Shown piece after piece: positions 28,727 through 37,261 of a DNA stretch of 39,402 bases. The notes under the pieces are model-generated. The model did no database searches and had not been told where the DNA came from. It worked only from the letters and a program-made list of their open reading frames with translations. The translations under genes and the position numbers were made by a program. Source of the stretch: Candidatus Rokuibacteriota bacterium (GTDB taxonomy: Bacteria; JAUVQV01; DATDCY01); NCBI GenBank assembly GCA_031406795.1, contig JANOHV010000018.1:1-39402 (forward strand). Direction: 5' to 3'. The number at the start of each line of letters is the position of its first letter. The stretch's first letter is position 1.

Positions 28727-29473
28727 ATGGCCGGGAACCGCACGTCCAAGAGTTTACTGCTGCCTCTGGCGCTCGCCGGCGCAGGGGTGATCGTCCTCTT
28801 TGTCGCCTTTCGGTACTTTCACGTCCCGATGCTGCTGCGGCGCTCGCTCGACTGGGTGGCCGGCCTGGGACCGGTCGGCGTGATCGCGTTCATCGCGATC
28901 TACATCCTGGCCTGCGTCTTCATGCTGCCGGGCTCGGTGCTGACCCTCGGCGCCGGTGCTGTGTTCGGCGTGGTGAAGGGCTCGGTCATCGTCTCGGTGA
29001 GCGCGACGCTGGGCGCCACCGCCGCCTTCCTCGTCGGTCGCTACCTCGCCCGGGACGCCGTGGCGCGGCGGATCGAGGGGAACGAGCGCTTCCGGGCAAT
29101 CGACGAGGCCGTTGGCCGCGAGGGGTGGAAGATCGTCGGGTTGACGCGGCTCTCGCCCGTTTTCCCGTTCAATCTGCTCAATTACGCCTACGGAATCACC
29201 AAGGTCAGCCTGCGCGACTACTTCCTCGCCTCCTGGGTCGGCATGCTCCCGGGGACGGTGATGTATGTCTACCTCGGATCCCTCGCGGGCAGTCTCGCCA
29301 CGCTGGGCCGTCACGGGACCGGCCGTACGCCAGCCCAGTGGGCGCTCTACGGCGTGGGCTTGCTGGCGACCGTCGTAGTCACCGTGTTCGTGACGCGCAT
29401 CGCCCGGGCGGAACTGGCGAAAAACGCCCCCGCGACGACGGAAAGCAAGTCGGTCCCCGCTAAAAAGGAGTGA
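28727..29473 (+). CDS. TVP38/TMEM64 (DedA, SNARE-associated) membrane protein
   Basis: ATG after GGAGG; LPGSVLTLGAGAVFG, GATAAFLVGRY, TRLSPVFPFNLLNYAYG, GMLPGT. Confidence 0.92.
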   Translation: MAGNRTSKSLLLPLALAGAGVIVLFVAFRYFHVPMLLRRSLDWVAGLGPVGVIAFIAIYILACVFMLPGSVLTLGAGAVFGVVKGSVIVSVSATLGATAAFLVGRYLARDAVARRIEGNERFRAIDEAVGREGWKIVGLTRLSPVFPFNLLNYAYGITKVSLRDYFLASWVGMLPGTVMYVYLGSLAGSLATLGRHGTGRTPAQWALYGVGLLATVVVTVFVTRIARAELAKNAPATTESKSVPAKKE

Positions 29474-29479
29474 TGGAAG

Positions 29480-30973
29480 ATGGCGAATTTCGGCTACGAC
29501 ATCGGCATCATCGGCGGCGGGGCGGCGGGCCTGACCGTCGCCGCCGGCGCGGCGCAGTTCGGCGCCAAGGCGCTGCTGATCGAGAAAAGCCCGAGGCTCG
29601 GCGGGGACTGCCTGCACTTCGGCTGCGTCCCCTCCAAGTCCCTCATCCGCGCCGCGGCAATCTGGGCCCAGGCCAGACGGGCCCGGGAATTCGGCCTCCC
29701 GGAGCTGCTCCTGCCCCCGGTCGATCTGGGCGCGGTCATGGACCGGGTGCGCGGGGTCATCGAGACGATCCAGGTACACGACTCGGAGGAGCGTTTCTGC
29801 AAGCTCGGCGCCGAGGTGCGCTTCGGCCCGACGCGCTTCGTCGACGCGCACACGGTGGAGGTGGACGGCCAACGGCGCTCGGCCCGCTCCTGGGTGATCG
29901 CCACCGGTTCGCGCCCGGCGCTGCCGCCGATCGAGGGGCTGGCGTCGGTCCCCTTCTGGACCAACGAGACGCTCTTCTCCCAGCGCAGCCTCCCGGCCCG
30001 CCTGCTCGTGCTGGGCGGCGGGCCGATCGGCCTGGAGCTGGCCCAGGCGCTCGCGCGGCTCGGATCGCGCGTCACCATCGTGGAGTATCTCGACCGGATC
30101 CTCGGACCCGAGGACGCGGATGTGGCTGCCATCCTGCGAGAGCGTCTCGAGACCGAAGGCGTCACGATCCTGACCGGGACCAAAGCCGTGCGGGCCGAGG
30201 TTGGCGGCCCCGGTATCAGGTTGAGCGTGACCCCCGCGGCGGGCGGCGAAACCCGGGTTCTCGAGGCCGACGCGCTGCTCGTGGCCACCGGCCGGCGGCC
30301 CAACGTGGAGAATCTGGGCCTGGAGGCCGCCGGCGTCGAATTCTCCCCGAAGGGCATCCCGACCGATGCGCGCCTGCGGACGAACGTCCCGCACATCTAC
30401 GCCTGCGGCGATGTCCACGGGAAACTCGCCTTCACCCACGTCGCCGGCTACGAGGGCTCGGTGGCGCTCACCAACGCGATCCTGCGCCTGCCGCGCAAGG
30501 CCGATTACACCAACGTCCCCTGGTGCACCTACACCGACCCCGAAGTCGCCAGCGTCGGCCTCAACGAGCAGCGTGCCGTCAAAGCGGGGGTCGCGTACCG
30601 GGTGCTCCAGGAGCCCTTCTCGACGAACGACCGGGCCCTCACCGAGGGGGAGCCCGGCGGCCGGATCAAGGTGCTGGTCAGCCCCGCGGGGAAAGTCCTC
30701 GGCTGCCAGATCGTCGGCGCCCACGCCGGCGAGCTGATCCACGAGTGGGTCGCGTTGATGAACGGCGGCGTGAAGCTCTCGACCCTCGCGGGCGCGGTCC
30801 ACGCCTACCCGACGCTTGCCGAGATCTCCAAGCGGGTCGCCGGGGCGATGTTTGCGGAACGGCTCTTCAGCGATCGCACGAAGGGCCTGCTCAAGTTCCT
30901 CTTCCACCTCAAGGGGCGCGCCTGCACACCGGCGGCGGCGATTGGAGAAGCGCGTGACGGAAACCTACTATGA
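29480..30973 (+). CDS. Flavoprotein disulfide reductase (dihydrolipoamide dehydrogenase / mercuric reductase-like)
   Basis: IIGGGAAG, GGDCLHFGCVPSK redox disulfide, LGGGPIGLELAQ, ACGDV, HAYPTLAE; no C-terminal Cys-Cys pair as in MerA. Confidence 0.9.
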   Translation: MANFGYDIGIIGGGAAGLTVAAGAAQFGAKALLIEKSPRLGGDCLHFGCVPSKSLIRAAAIWAQARRAREFGLPELLLPPVDLGAVMDRVRGVIETIQVHDSEERFCKLGAEVRFGPTRFVDAHTVEVDGQRRSARSWVIATGSRPALPPIEGLASVPFWTNETLFSQRSLPARLLVLGGGPIGLELAQALARLGSRVTIVEYLDRILGPEDADVAAILRERLETEGVTILTGTKAVRAEVGGPGIRLSVTPAAGGETRVLEADALLVATGRRPNVENLGLEAAGVEFSPKGIPTDARLRTNVPHIYACGDVHGKLAFTHVAGYEGSVALTNAILRLPRKADYTNVPWCTYTDPEVASVGLNEQRAVKAGVAYRVLQEPFSTNDRALTEGEPGGRIKVLVSPAGKVLGCQIVGAHAGELIHEWVALMNGGVKLSTLAGAVHAYPTLAEISKRVAGAMFAERLFSDRTKGLLKFLFHLKGRACTPAAAIGEARDGNLL

Positions 30974-31289
30974 CCCGAAGGACCTCGGCCATTTCTCCCG
31001 GATCGGCGAGGAAGCGCCCGAGCTGGCGAAGAAGTTCTTCGACTATTACGCCGCGGTCTTCGCGGCGGGAAATCTCTCGGAGCGGGAGAAGGCGCTGATC
31101 GCGCTCGCGGTTGCCCACACCGTTCAGTGCCCCTACTGCATCGACGCCTACACGCGCGCCTGCCTCGAGCAGGGTTCCAACCTTGCGGAGATGACCGAGG
31201 CGCTGCACGTCGTCACCGCCATCCGCGGCGGGGCCTCGCTGGTTCACGGCGTCCAGATGCGCAAGATCGCCAAGTCCATCTCCCTGTAA
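30954..31289 (+). CDS. AhpD/CMD-like protein of the type found with ArsS-like radical SAM genes, 111 aa
   Basis: GTG after GGAG; YYDPKDLGHF, EREKALIALAVAHTVQCPYCIDAY, RGGASLVHGVQM. Confidence 0.88.
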   Translation: MTETYYDPKDLGHFSRIGEEAPELAKKFFDYYAAVFAAGNLSEREKALIALAVAHTVQCPYCIDAYTRACLEQGSNLAEMTEALHVVTAIRGGASLVHGVQMRKIAKSISL

Positions 31290-31291
31290 CC

Positions 31292-31380
31292 GGCCGCTGA
31301 GAACGATTTATCTGCTTCGTGGCCTGGCACCGGAACTTCTCGACAGCCTCTTTGTTCCAGGTTTCCTGGCAGCCTGCTAG
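31292..31380. repeat. Degenerate, oppositely oriented remnant of the 128-nt element
   Basis: The reverse complement begins CTAGCAGGCTGCC and ends ACGAAGCAGATAAATCGTTCTCAGCGGCC, resembling both ends of copies 1 and 2. Confidence 0.55.
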
Positions 31381-31389
31381 ACTGCAACG

Positions 31390-32379
31390 ATGAGCCTGAT
31401 CATGGAAACCGGTTCTCCCGCAAGGCCGACGCACCGCCCGTTCGCCGACGCGCTGGCCCGCAGCGGGGTCGAGTTGCGGCGGGGAGACACGACGACGCTC
31501 CAGGTGAACGTCGGCTTCCTGTGCAACCAGTCCTGCCGGCACTGCCACCTGAGCGCCGGGCCGGCCCGGACCGAGGTCATGTCCCGTGAAACGATGGCCG
31601 CGGTCGAGGCGTATGCAGGGCGAGGCCGCTTCTCGCTGATCGATGTCACCGGCGGGGCTCCCGAACTGGTGCCGGGGATCGAGGGTTTCCTCGAGCGGCT
31701 GACGCTGCTGGCCCCGCGCGTCATCTTCCGGGCGAACCTCACGGCACTGGCCCGGCGCCCCGAGCTGGTTGCACTGCTGGCCCGGCTGCGCGTCGCTGTC
31801 GTCGCCTCGTTCCCGTCGCTGAGCGCGAGCCAGACCGACACCCAGCGGGGCGCCGGCGTCTTCGAGACGAGCATCGGGACGCTCCGGATGCTCAACGCCG
31901 CCGGGTACGGGCGTGAGGATGCCGGGCTGGAACTCAATCTCGTTTCCAACCCGGGGGGCGCGTTTCTCCCCCCCGGGCAGGCGCCGACGGAAGCCCGGTT
32001 CCAGCGCGAGCTGGCCCGGGCCTGGGGGATCACGTTCAACCACCTCTACACCTTCGCCAACATGCCTCTGGGGCGCTTTCGGGCCTGGCTCGTCTCATCG
32101 GGGAATCTCGAGGGCTATCTGCGTCAACTGGCCGAGGGCTTCAACCCCTGCACCGTCGGCGGGCTGATGTGCCGGAGCCTGGTCTCCGTGTCGTGGGAGG
32201 GAGTGCTCTTCGACTGCGATTTCAACCAGGCCTGCGACCTCCCGCTGGGCGCGATCCGCACGCACGTCTCGTCAGCCGGGGGCGCGCCCGCCCCCGGGGC
32301 TGCCATTGCCACGGGAGACCACTGCTACGCCTGCACCGCTGGTTCAGGATTCACCTGAGGCGGGACGATTGCGGCCTAG
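31390..32379 (+). CDS. arsS: ArsS-family (DUF3641) radical SAM protein, predicted selenoprotein (Sec at TGA 32356-32358), 329 aa
   Basis: LQVNVGFLCNQSCRHCH, DVTGGAPEL, NMPLGRF, FNP..LMCRSLVSV..DCDFNQ, HCYACTAGSGFT-(TGA)-GGTIAA-TAG; hairpin begins 11 nt after the TGA. Confidence 0.85.
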
Positions 32380-32390
32380 GAAGGGCTGCA
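32370..32390 (+). promoter_or_regulatory. Bacterial SECIS-like hairpin
   Basis: TGCGGCCT-AGGAA-GGGCTGCA: 8-bp stem with two G-U pairs and a G-containing loop, 11 nt after the in-frame UGA. Confidence 0.7.
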
Positions 32391-32560
32391 CAGCACGCAG
32401 AAATGGATCATCTATTGGAAAACATGCTGGACGGAGGGGTGGCGCGAAGCGGAGGTCTCCAGCGGGGGAGCGGAGCGAGGCCGATGGAGGTCCGCAGCGG
32501 CCACCCCAGCGGCGGGGTGGCAGGCAGGACCCCGCAGCCCGCACGCTAACGAAGGATCTC

Positions 32561-33889
32561 TTGAAAACCGTGGACCATCTTCTCCTCTTCGTCCGCTACC
32601 CCGTGCCCGGACAAGCCAAGACGCGGCTCATCCCGGCGCTCGGCCCCGAAGGCGCGGCGCGATTGCACCGGCGCCTGGCAGAGCACGCCGCCGGGGTCGC
32701 GCGCGCAGCCGGCGCCCAGGAAGATGTCAATGTCACGGTCTGCTTCACCGGGGCGGCGCGCCGGAACTTTCGCTCCTGGCTGGGGTGCGACCTCGCCTAC
32801 GCCGCCCAGCCGACCGGCGATCTGGGCGTTCGGCTGCGGCAAGCCTTCGCGGCCGCCTTTCGCGACCGGGCACAGCGGGTGGTGGCGATCGGCGCGGATG
32901 TCCCCGATCTGTCGGCAACCCTCCTGTGCCAGGCCTTTGCCGCCCTGCGCGAGCACGATGTCGTGCTCGGCCCCGCTGCCGATGGCGGGTACTACCTGAT
33001 CGGCATGAAGCGCAATCAGCCGGAACTCTTCGCGGGCATGGACTGGGGAACGGGACGTGTCCGCGCGCAGACCCGCGCCGCGATTTCCCGGCAGGGTCTG
33101 TCGGTCGCCGAATTGCCGCAGCGCAACGACGTGGATCGGCCCGAAGATACCATCGCGTTGCGCGCCGACGCCCGCTTCTCCGACGTCTGGACCGACCGGC
33201 CGCTGCTCTCGGTGGTCATCCCGACACTCGACGAGGCCGGCTCGCTCCCGGGGACGCTGGCGTGCGTGCGACGCGCCGCTGGCATTGAGATCATTCTCGC
33301 GGACGGCGGCAGCCGGGACGCGACCCGCGAGATCGCCGCGCGGGCCGGGGCGCGCGTTCTGGTCACCGCCGGCGGGCGCGCGGCCCAGCAGAACGCCGGG
33401 GCCGCCGTCGCCCGAGGCCGGCACCTGCTGTTTCTCCACGCCGACACGCTTCTGCCCGAGGGGTATGCGGATTTGATCCGCCGCGCGCTGGAGCGCCCCG
33501 CCACCGCAGCGGGCGCCTTTCGCTTCAGGACCGATGGCGTCGGCGCCGCCCTGCGCCTGGTCGAGTGGGTCGCCGGCTTTCGTTCCGACCTGTTTCAGCT
33601 GCCGTATGGCGATCAGTGCCTGTTCATGGAGAAGCGGGTGTTCGACGAACTCGGCGGCTTCGCGGCTCTGCCGATCATGGAGGATTACGAGCTGGTGCGC
33701 CGTCTGCGCCGTCGCGGTCCCGTGGTGACGCTGAGCGAACCCGCGATCACCTCCGCCCGGCGCTGGCAACGCCTGGGCGCGCTGCGCACCACCGGGCTGA
33801 ACTGGGCGATGATCGCCGGTTTTCACGCGGGGGTGCCGCCTGCGCGGCTGGCGAGACTCTACCGCCTCGCCCGCGCAAAGACGCCTTAA
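32561..33889 (+). CDS. Fused glycosyltransferase: DUF2064/TIGR04282-like N-half plus GT2/TIGR04283-like C-half
   Basis: N-half: [50 protein letters not shown]-half: [53 protein letters not shown]. Start TTG 32561 or GTG 32570. Confidence 0.88.
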   Translation: MKTVDHLLLFVRYPVPGQAKTRLIPALGPEGAARLHRRLAEHAAGVARAAGAQEDVNVTVCFTGAARRNFRSWLGCDLAYAAQPTGDLGVRLRQAFAAAFRDRAQRVVAIGADVPDLSATLLCQAFAALREHDVVLGPAADGGYYLIGMKRNQPELFAGMDWGTGRVRAQTRAAISRQGLSVAELPQRNDVDRPEDTIALRADARFSDVWTDRPLLSVVIPTLDEAGSLPGTLACVRRAAGIEIILADGGSRDATREIAARAGARVLVTAGGRAAQQNAGAAVARGRHLLFLHADTLLPEGYADLIRRALERPATAAGAFRFRTDGVGAALRLVEWVAGFRSDLFQLPYGDQCLFMEKRVFDELGGFAALPIMEDYELVRRLRRRGPVVTLSEPAITSARRWQRLGALRTTGLNWAMIAGFHAGVPPARLARLYRLARAKTP

Positions 33890-35328
33890 GACGCCTTGAG
33901 CGCCGTCAACACCTCCTCGAGCATCTTCTTCGCGTCGCCGAAGAGCATCCGGGTGTTCTCCTTGTAGAAGAGCGGGTTGTCCACGCCCGCATAGCCCGAG
34001 GCCATCCCGCGCTTCATCACGATCGAGGTCTTCGCCTTCCAGACCTCGAGCACCGGCATCCCCGCGATCGGGCTCCCGGGATCCTCCTGAGCGGAGGGGT
34101 TGACGATGTCGTTGGCGCCGATCACCATCACAACGTCCGTTTCGGGGAAGTCCGCGTTGACCTCATCCATCTCGAAGACGATGTCGTACGGCACCTTGGC
34201 TTCCGCCAGCAGAACGTTCATGTGGCCGGGCATGCGACCCGCGACGGGGTGGATCGCGAAGCGGACGTCGACGCCCGCGTCGCGCAGCAGCCGGGTGATC
34301 TCGTTCACGACGTGCTGGGCCTGCGCCACCGCCATGCCGTACCCGGGGACGATGACGACGCGTCCTGCCTCGCGCAGCAGCTGGGCGGTCTCCGCGGCGG
34401 TGATCGGGTTGACCTCCCCGCCGGGGGTGCTTGGCGCGGCGGCCTTGCCGCCCGCCGAGCCGAAGCCGCCGGCGATCACGCTGAGGAAATGCCGGTTCAT
34501 CGCGCGACACATGATCGAGCTGAGGATCGCGCCGGAGGAGCCGACGAGCGCCCCGGTGACGATGAGCAGGTCGTTCGAGAGCATGAAACCCGTGGCGGCC
34601 GCGGTCCAGCCGGAGTAGCTGTTGAGCATCGAGACCACGACCGGCATGTCCGCCCCGCCGATCGCCAGCACCATGTGCAGCCCGAACGCCAGCGCGATGA
34701 GCGTCATCGCGCCCAGCGGCGGCAGGCCGGCCTCGATGGTCCCGGCGCCGACGAACCGCCAGCCGAGCACGACGGCGCCGACCAGCAGGGCAAGGTTGAG
34801 CCAGTGGCGCGCCGGCAGCAGCAGTGGCTTGCCGCCGATCCGACCGCCGAGCTTGCCGAACGCGACGACCGAGCCCGAGAAGGTCACCGCGCCGATCAGG
34901 ATGCCGAGGTAGGTCTCGACCAGGTGGATCGTCCGCTCCGCCCCGACGAGCTGAACACCGGGGTCGAGGTAGTTGGCGAAGCCGACGAGGACCGCCGCGA
35001 GCCCCACGAAGCTGTGCAGGATCGCGACGAGCTCCGGCATCTGGGTCATCTTCACCCGCACGGCCAGCAGCGCGCCGACGACGGTGCCGGCGAGCAGGGC
35101 GCCGGCCAGCAGCCCGAAGGGGGAGGCCAGGTCGCCGTGGGCGAGAACCGTCGTGAACAGGAGTCCGAGGATCGTCGCCCCGACCGCAATCGTCATCCCG
35201 ATCATCCCGTAGACGTTGCCGCGCCGTGAGGTCTCCGGGCTGCTCAGGCCGCCAAGGCTCATGATGAACAGCATCATGGCCGCGACATAGCCGGCCGTGA
35301 CCACGCCCTGCGCCATCGCCGCGCTCAT
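33886..35328 (-). CDS. pntB: NAD(P) transhydrogenase beta subunit
   Basis: [77 protein letters not shown]. Confidence 0.97.
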   Translation of the reverse strand: MSAAMAQGVVTAGYVAAMMLFIMSLGGLSSPETSRRGNVYGMIGMTIAVGATILGLLFTTVLAHGDLASPFGLLAGALLAGTVVGALLAVRVKMTQMPELVAILHSFVGLAAVLVGFANYLDPGVQLVGAERTIHLVETYLGILIGAVTFSGSVVAFGKLGGRIGGKPLLLPARHWLNLALLVGAVVLGWRFVGAGTIEAGLPPLGAMTLIALAFGLHMVLAIGGADMPVVVSMLNSYSGWTAAATGFMLSNDLLIVTGALVGSSGAILSSIMCRAMNRHFLSVIAGGFGSAGGKAAAPSTPGGEVNPITAAETAQLLREAGRVVIVPGYGMAVAQAQHVVNEITRLLRDAGVDVRFAIHPVAGRMPGHMNVLLAEAKVPYDIVFEMDEVNADFPETDVVMVIGANDIVNPSAQEDPGSPIAGMPVLEVWKAKTSIVMKRGMASGYAGVDNPLFYKENTRMLFGDAKKMLEEVLTALKAS

Positions 35329-35330
35329 CG

Positions 35331-36914
35331 TCAGCGCTCCTTCCGGAACATCGCGAGCATCCGCTGCGTCACCAGGAATCCGCCCGCGATGTTGATCGTC
35401 GCGATCAGCACCGCCAGGCCCGCAAGCAGGACGATGACACCGCGCGGGGAGGTCACCTGCAGCACCGCGCCGATCACGATGATGCCGCTGATGGCGTTGG
35501 TGACGCTCATCAGCGGCGTGTGCAGCGCCGGCGTGACATTCCAGACGACCATGTAGCCGACGAAGCAGGCCAGCGCGAAGACGGTGAGGTGCGCGAGGAA
35601 GGCCGGAGGGGCGACCAGCCCGAGGCCGAGCAGCACCAGCCCGCCGGCCCCCATCCCCAACGCGATCCGCAGCACCGGGTTCATCCCGGCCTTCGCCTTT
35701 GCCGGCACCTTCACCGCCTCTGCGGGGGGCGGGGCTGCGGTCGCGAGGCTCGCACCCGGGGCCGCGGAAACCTTCGCCAGCGGCGGGGGCCACGAAATCA
35801 CTCCATTCCTGACGACCGTCGTGCCGCGGATGACCTCGTCTTCCATGTTCACGACGAGAGTGCCATCCTTGGCCGGGCAGAGCTCCTCGAGCAGGTGGAG
35901 CAGGTTGGTTGCGTACATCGTGCTCGCTTGTCGCGCGAGACGGCTGGGCAGGTCGGTGTAGCCGATGATCGTGACCCCGTGGCGCACGACGACTTCGCCG
36001 GGTACCGTCAGCTCGCAGTTGCCTCCCTGCTCGGCCGCCAGGTCGACGATCACGCTTCCGCGTTTCATCGTCTTGACCATGCCGGCGGTGATCAGTCGCG
36101 GCGCGGGTCTGCCCGGGATCAGTGCCGTCGTGATGATGACGTCGACATCCATCGCCTGGCGCGCGAAGAGCTCCCACTGGGCGTTCTGGTACCCCTCACT
36201 CATCACCTTGGCGTAGCCGCCGGCCCCGCTGCCCTCCTCCTGGTACTTCACCTCGAGGAACTCCGCACCCAGGCTGCGGATCTGGTCGCCGACCTCGGGG
36301 CGGGAGTCGTTCGCACGCACGATCGCGCCGAGGCCCCCGGCGGTCCCGATCGCGGAGAGGCCCGCGACGCCGACGCCGATCACAAAGACTTTGGCAGGCG
36401 GGACCTTGCCGGCCGCGGTGATCTGCCCGGTGAAAAACCGCCCGAAGTGGTGGGCGGCCTCGATCACCGCCCGGTAGCCGGCGATGTTCGCCATCGAGCT
36501 GAGCGCGTCGAGCTTCTGGGCGCGGGAGATGCGCGGGACGCTGTCCATCGCGAGCACGGTGGCCTTCCTCGCGGCCAGCCGTTGCAGCAACTCCGGGTTC
36601 TGCGCGGGCCAGATGAAGCTGATCAGGCAGGCCCCCTCGCGCAGCCAGGCCGTCTCGTCGATCCCGAACTGCGGGTGCCGCTCCGGCGCGCGCACTTTCA
36701 GTACGATGTCGGCCGCGCCCCAGAGCGACCGCGCGTCGGGGACGATCTCGGCGCCGACGCCGCGGTAGGCTTCGTCCGAAAAATCCGCGGCGTCGCCCGC
36801 CCCCGACTCGATGGCGACCATGAAGCCGAGCTTGATCAGCTGCGCCGCCACGCCCGGTGAGGTCGCGACGCGCTTCTCCCCCGCGTGCACTTCCTTCGGA
36901 ATCCCGATCTTCAC
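35331..36914 (-). CDS. pntA: NAD(P) transhydrogenase alpha subunit (unsplit type)
   Basis: [61 protein letters not shown] after AAGGAGG. Confidence 0.97.
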   Translation of the reverse strand: MKIGIPKEVHAGEKRVATSPGVAAQLIKLGFMVAIESGAGDAADFSDEAYRGVGAEIVPDARSLWGAADIVLKVRAPERHPQFGIDETAWLREGACLISFIWPAQNPELLQRLAARKATVLAMDSVPRISRAQKLDALSSMANIAGYRAVIEAAHHFGRFFTGQITAAGKVPPAKVFVIGVGVAGLSAIGTAGGLGAIVRANDSRPEVGDQIRSLGAEFLEVKYQEEGSGAGGYAKVMSEGYQNAQWELFARQAMDVDVIITTALIPGRPAPRLITAGMVKTMKRGSVIVDLAAEQGGNCELTVPGEVVVRHGVTIIGYTDLPSRLARQASTMYATNLLHLLEELCPAKDGTLVVNMEDEVIRGTTVVRNGVISWPPPLAKVSAAPGASLATAAPPPAEAVKVPAKAKAGMNPVLRIALGMGAGGLVLLGLGLVAPPAFLAHLTVFALACFVGYMVVWNVTPALHTPLMSVTNAISGIIVIGAVLQVTSPRGVIVLLAGLAVLIATINIAGGFLVTQRMLAMFRKER

Positions 36915-36977
36915 GCCCGTCCTCCTTGCCGCTGTGCCTTCGGTCGCAAAGGAATCTGAAACAACCGCAAAGCCATC

Positions 36978-37006
36978 AGTCTACAATATCTATGGAGATA
37001 TGTCAT
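36978..37006 (-). promoter_or_regulatory. pntAB promoter with palindrome in the spacer
   Basis: ATGACA-17-TAGACT; ATATCT-ATGG-AGATAT at 36986-37001. Confidence 0.55.
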
Positions 37007-37033
37007 GAGTCTAACGTCTGCCGTTGTTGAGTG

Positions 37034-37258
37034 GGCAGGCTGCTCAAAAAGGTCCAGGTGCAAGACGCGCGCCGCTCAGATGGGCTCTTTTCAGTGACCT
37101 TGCACTTGCGGGGAGGCCGCTCAAAAGGGTCTGGATGCAAGGCGGGCGACGCTCCGGCGACTGAGGTGGGTTGGTGCCCACCGCAGGGTCTCCCCCCACT
37201 CGCTACACTCGCAGGGGGCAAGGTCCCCACCGCCGCAGGCAGGCCCTTTTCAGCGCCC
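37034..37258. repeat. Two tandem variants of the palindromic element (internally deleted 37034-37103; diverged ~37112-37258)
   Basis: GGCAGGCTGCTCAAAAAGGTCCAGGTGC..CAGATGGGCTCTTTTCAG and GGCCGCTCAAAAGGGTCTGGATGCAAGGCG..CGCCGCAGGCAGGCCCTTTTCAGCG; directly past the purH stop. Confidence 0.85.
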
Positions 37259-37261
37259 GAC

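Noticed and set aside
29480-30973. Mercuric reductase MerA
   Set aside because: No C-terminal Cys-Cys pair, no HMA domain and no mer genes nearby.
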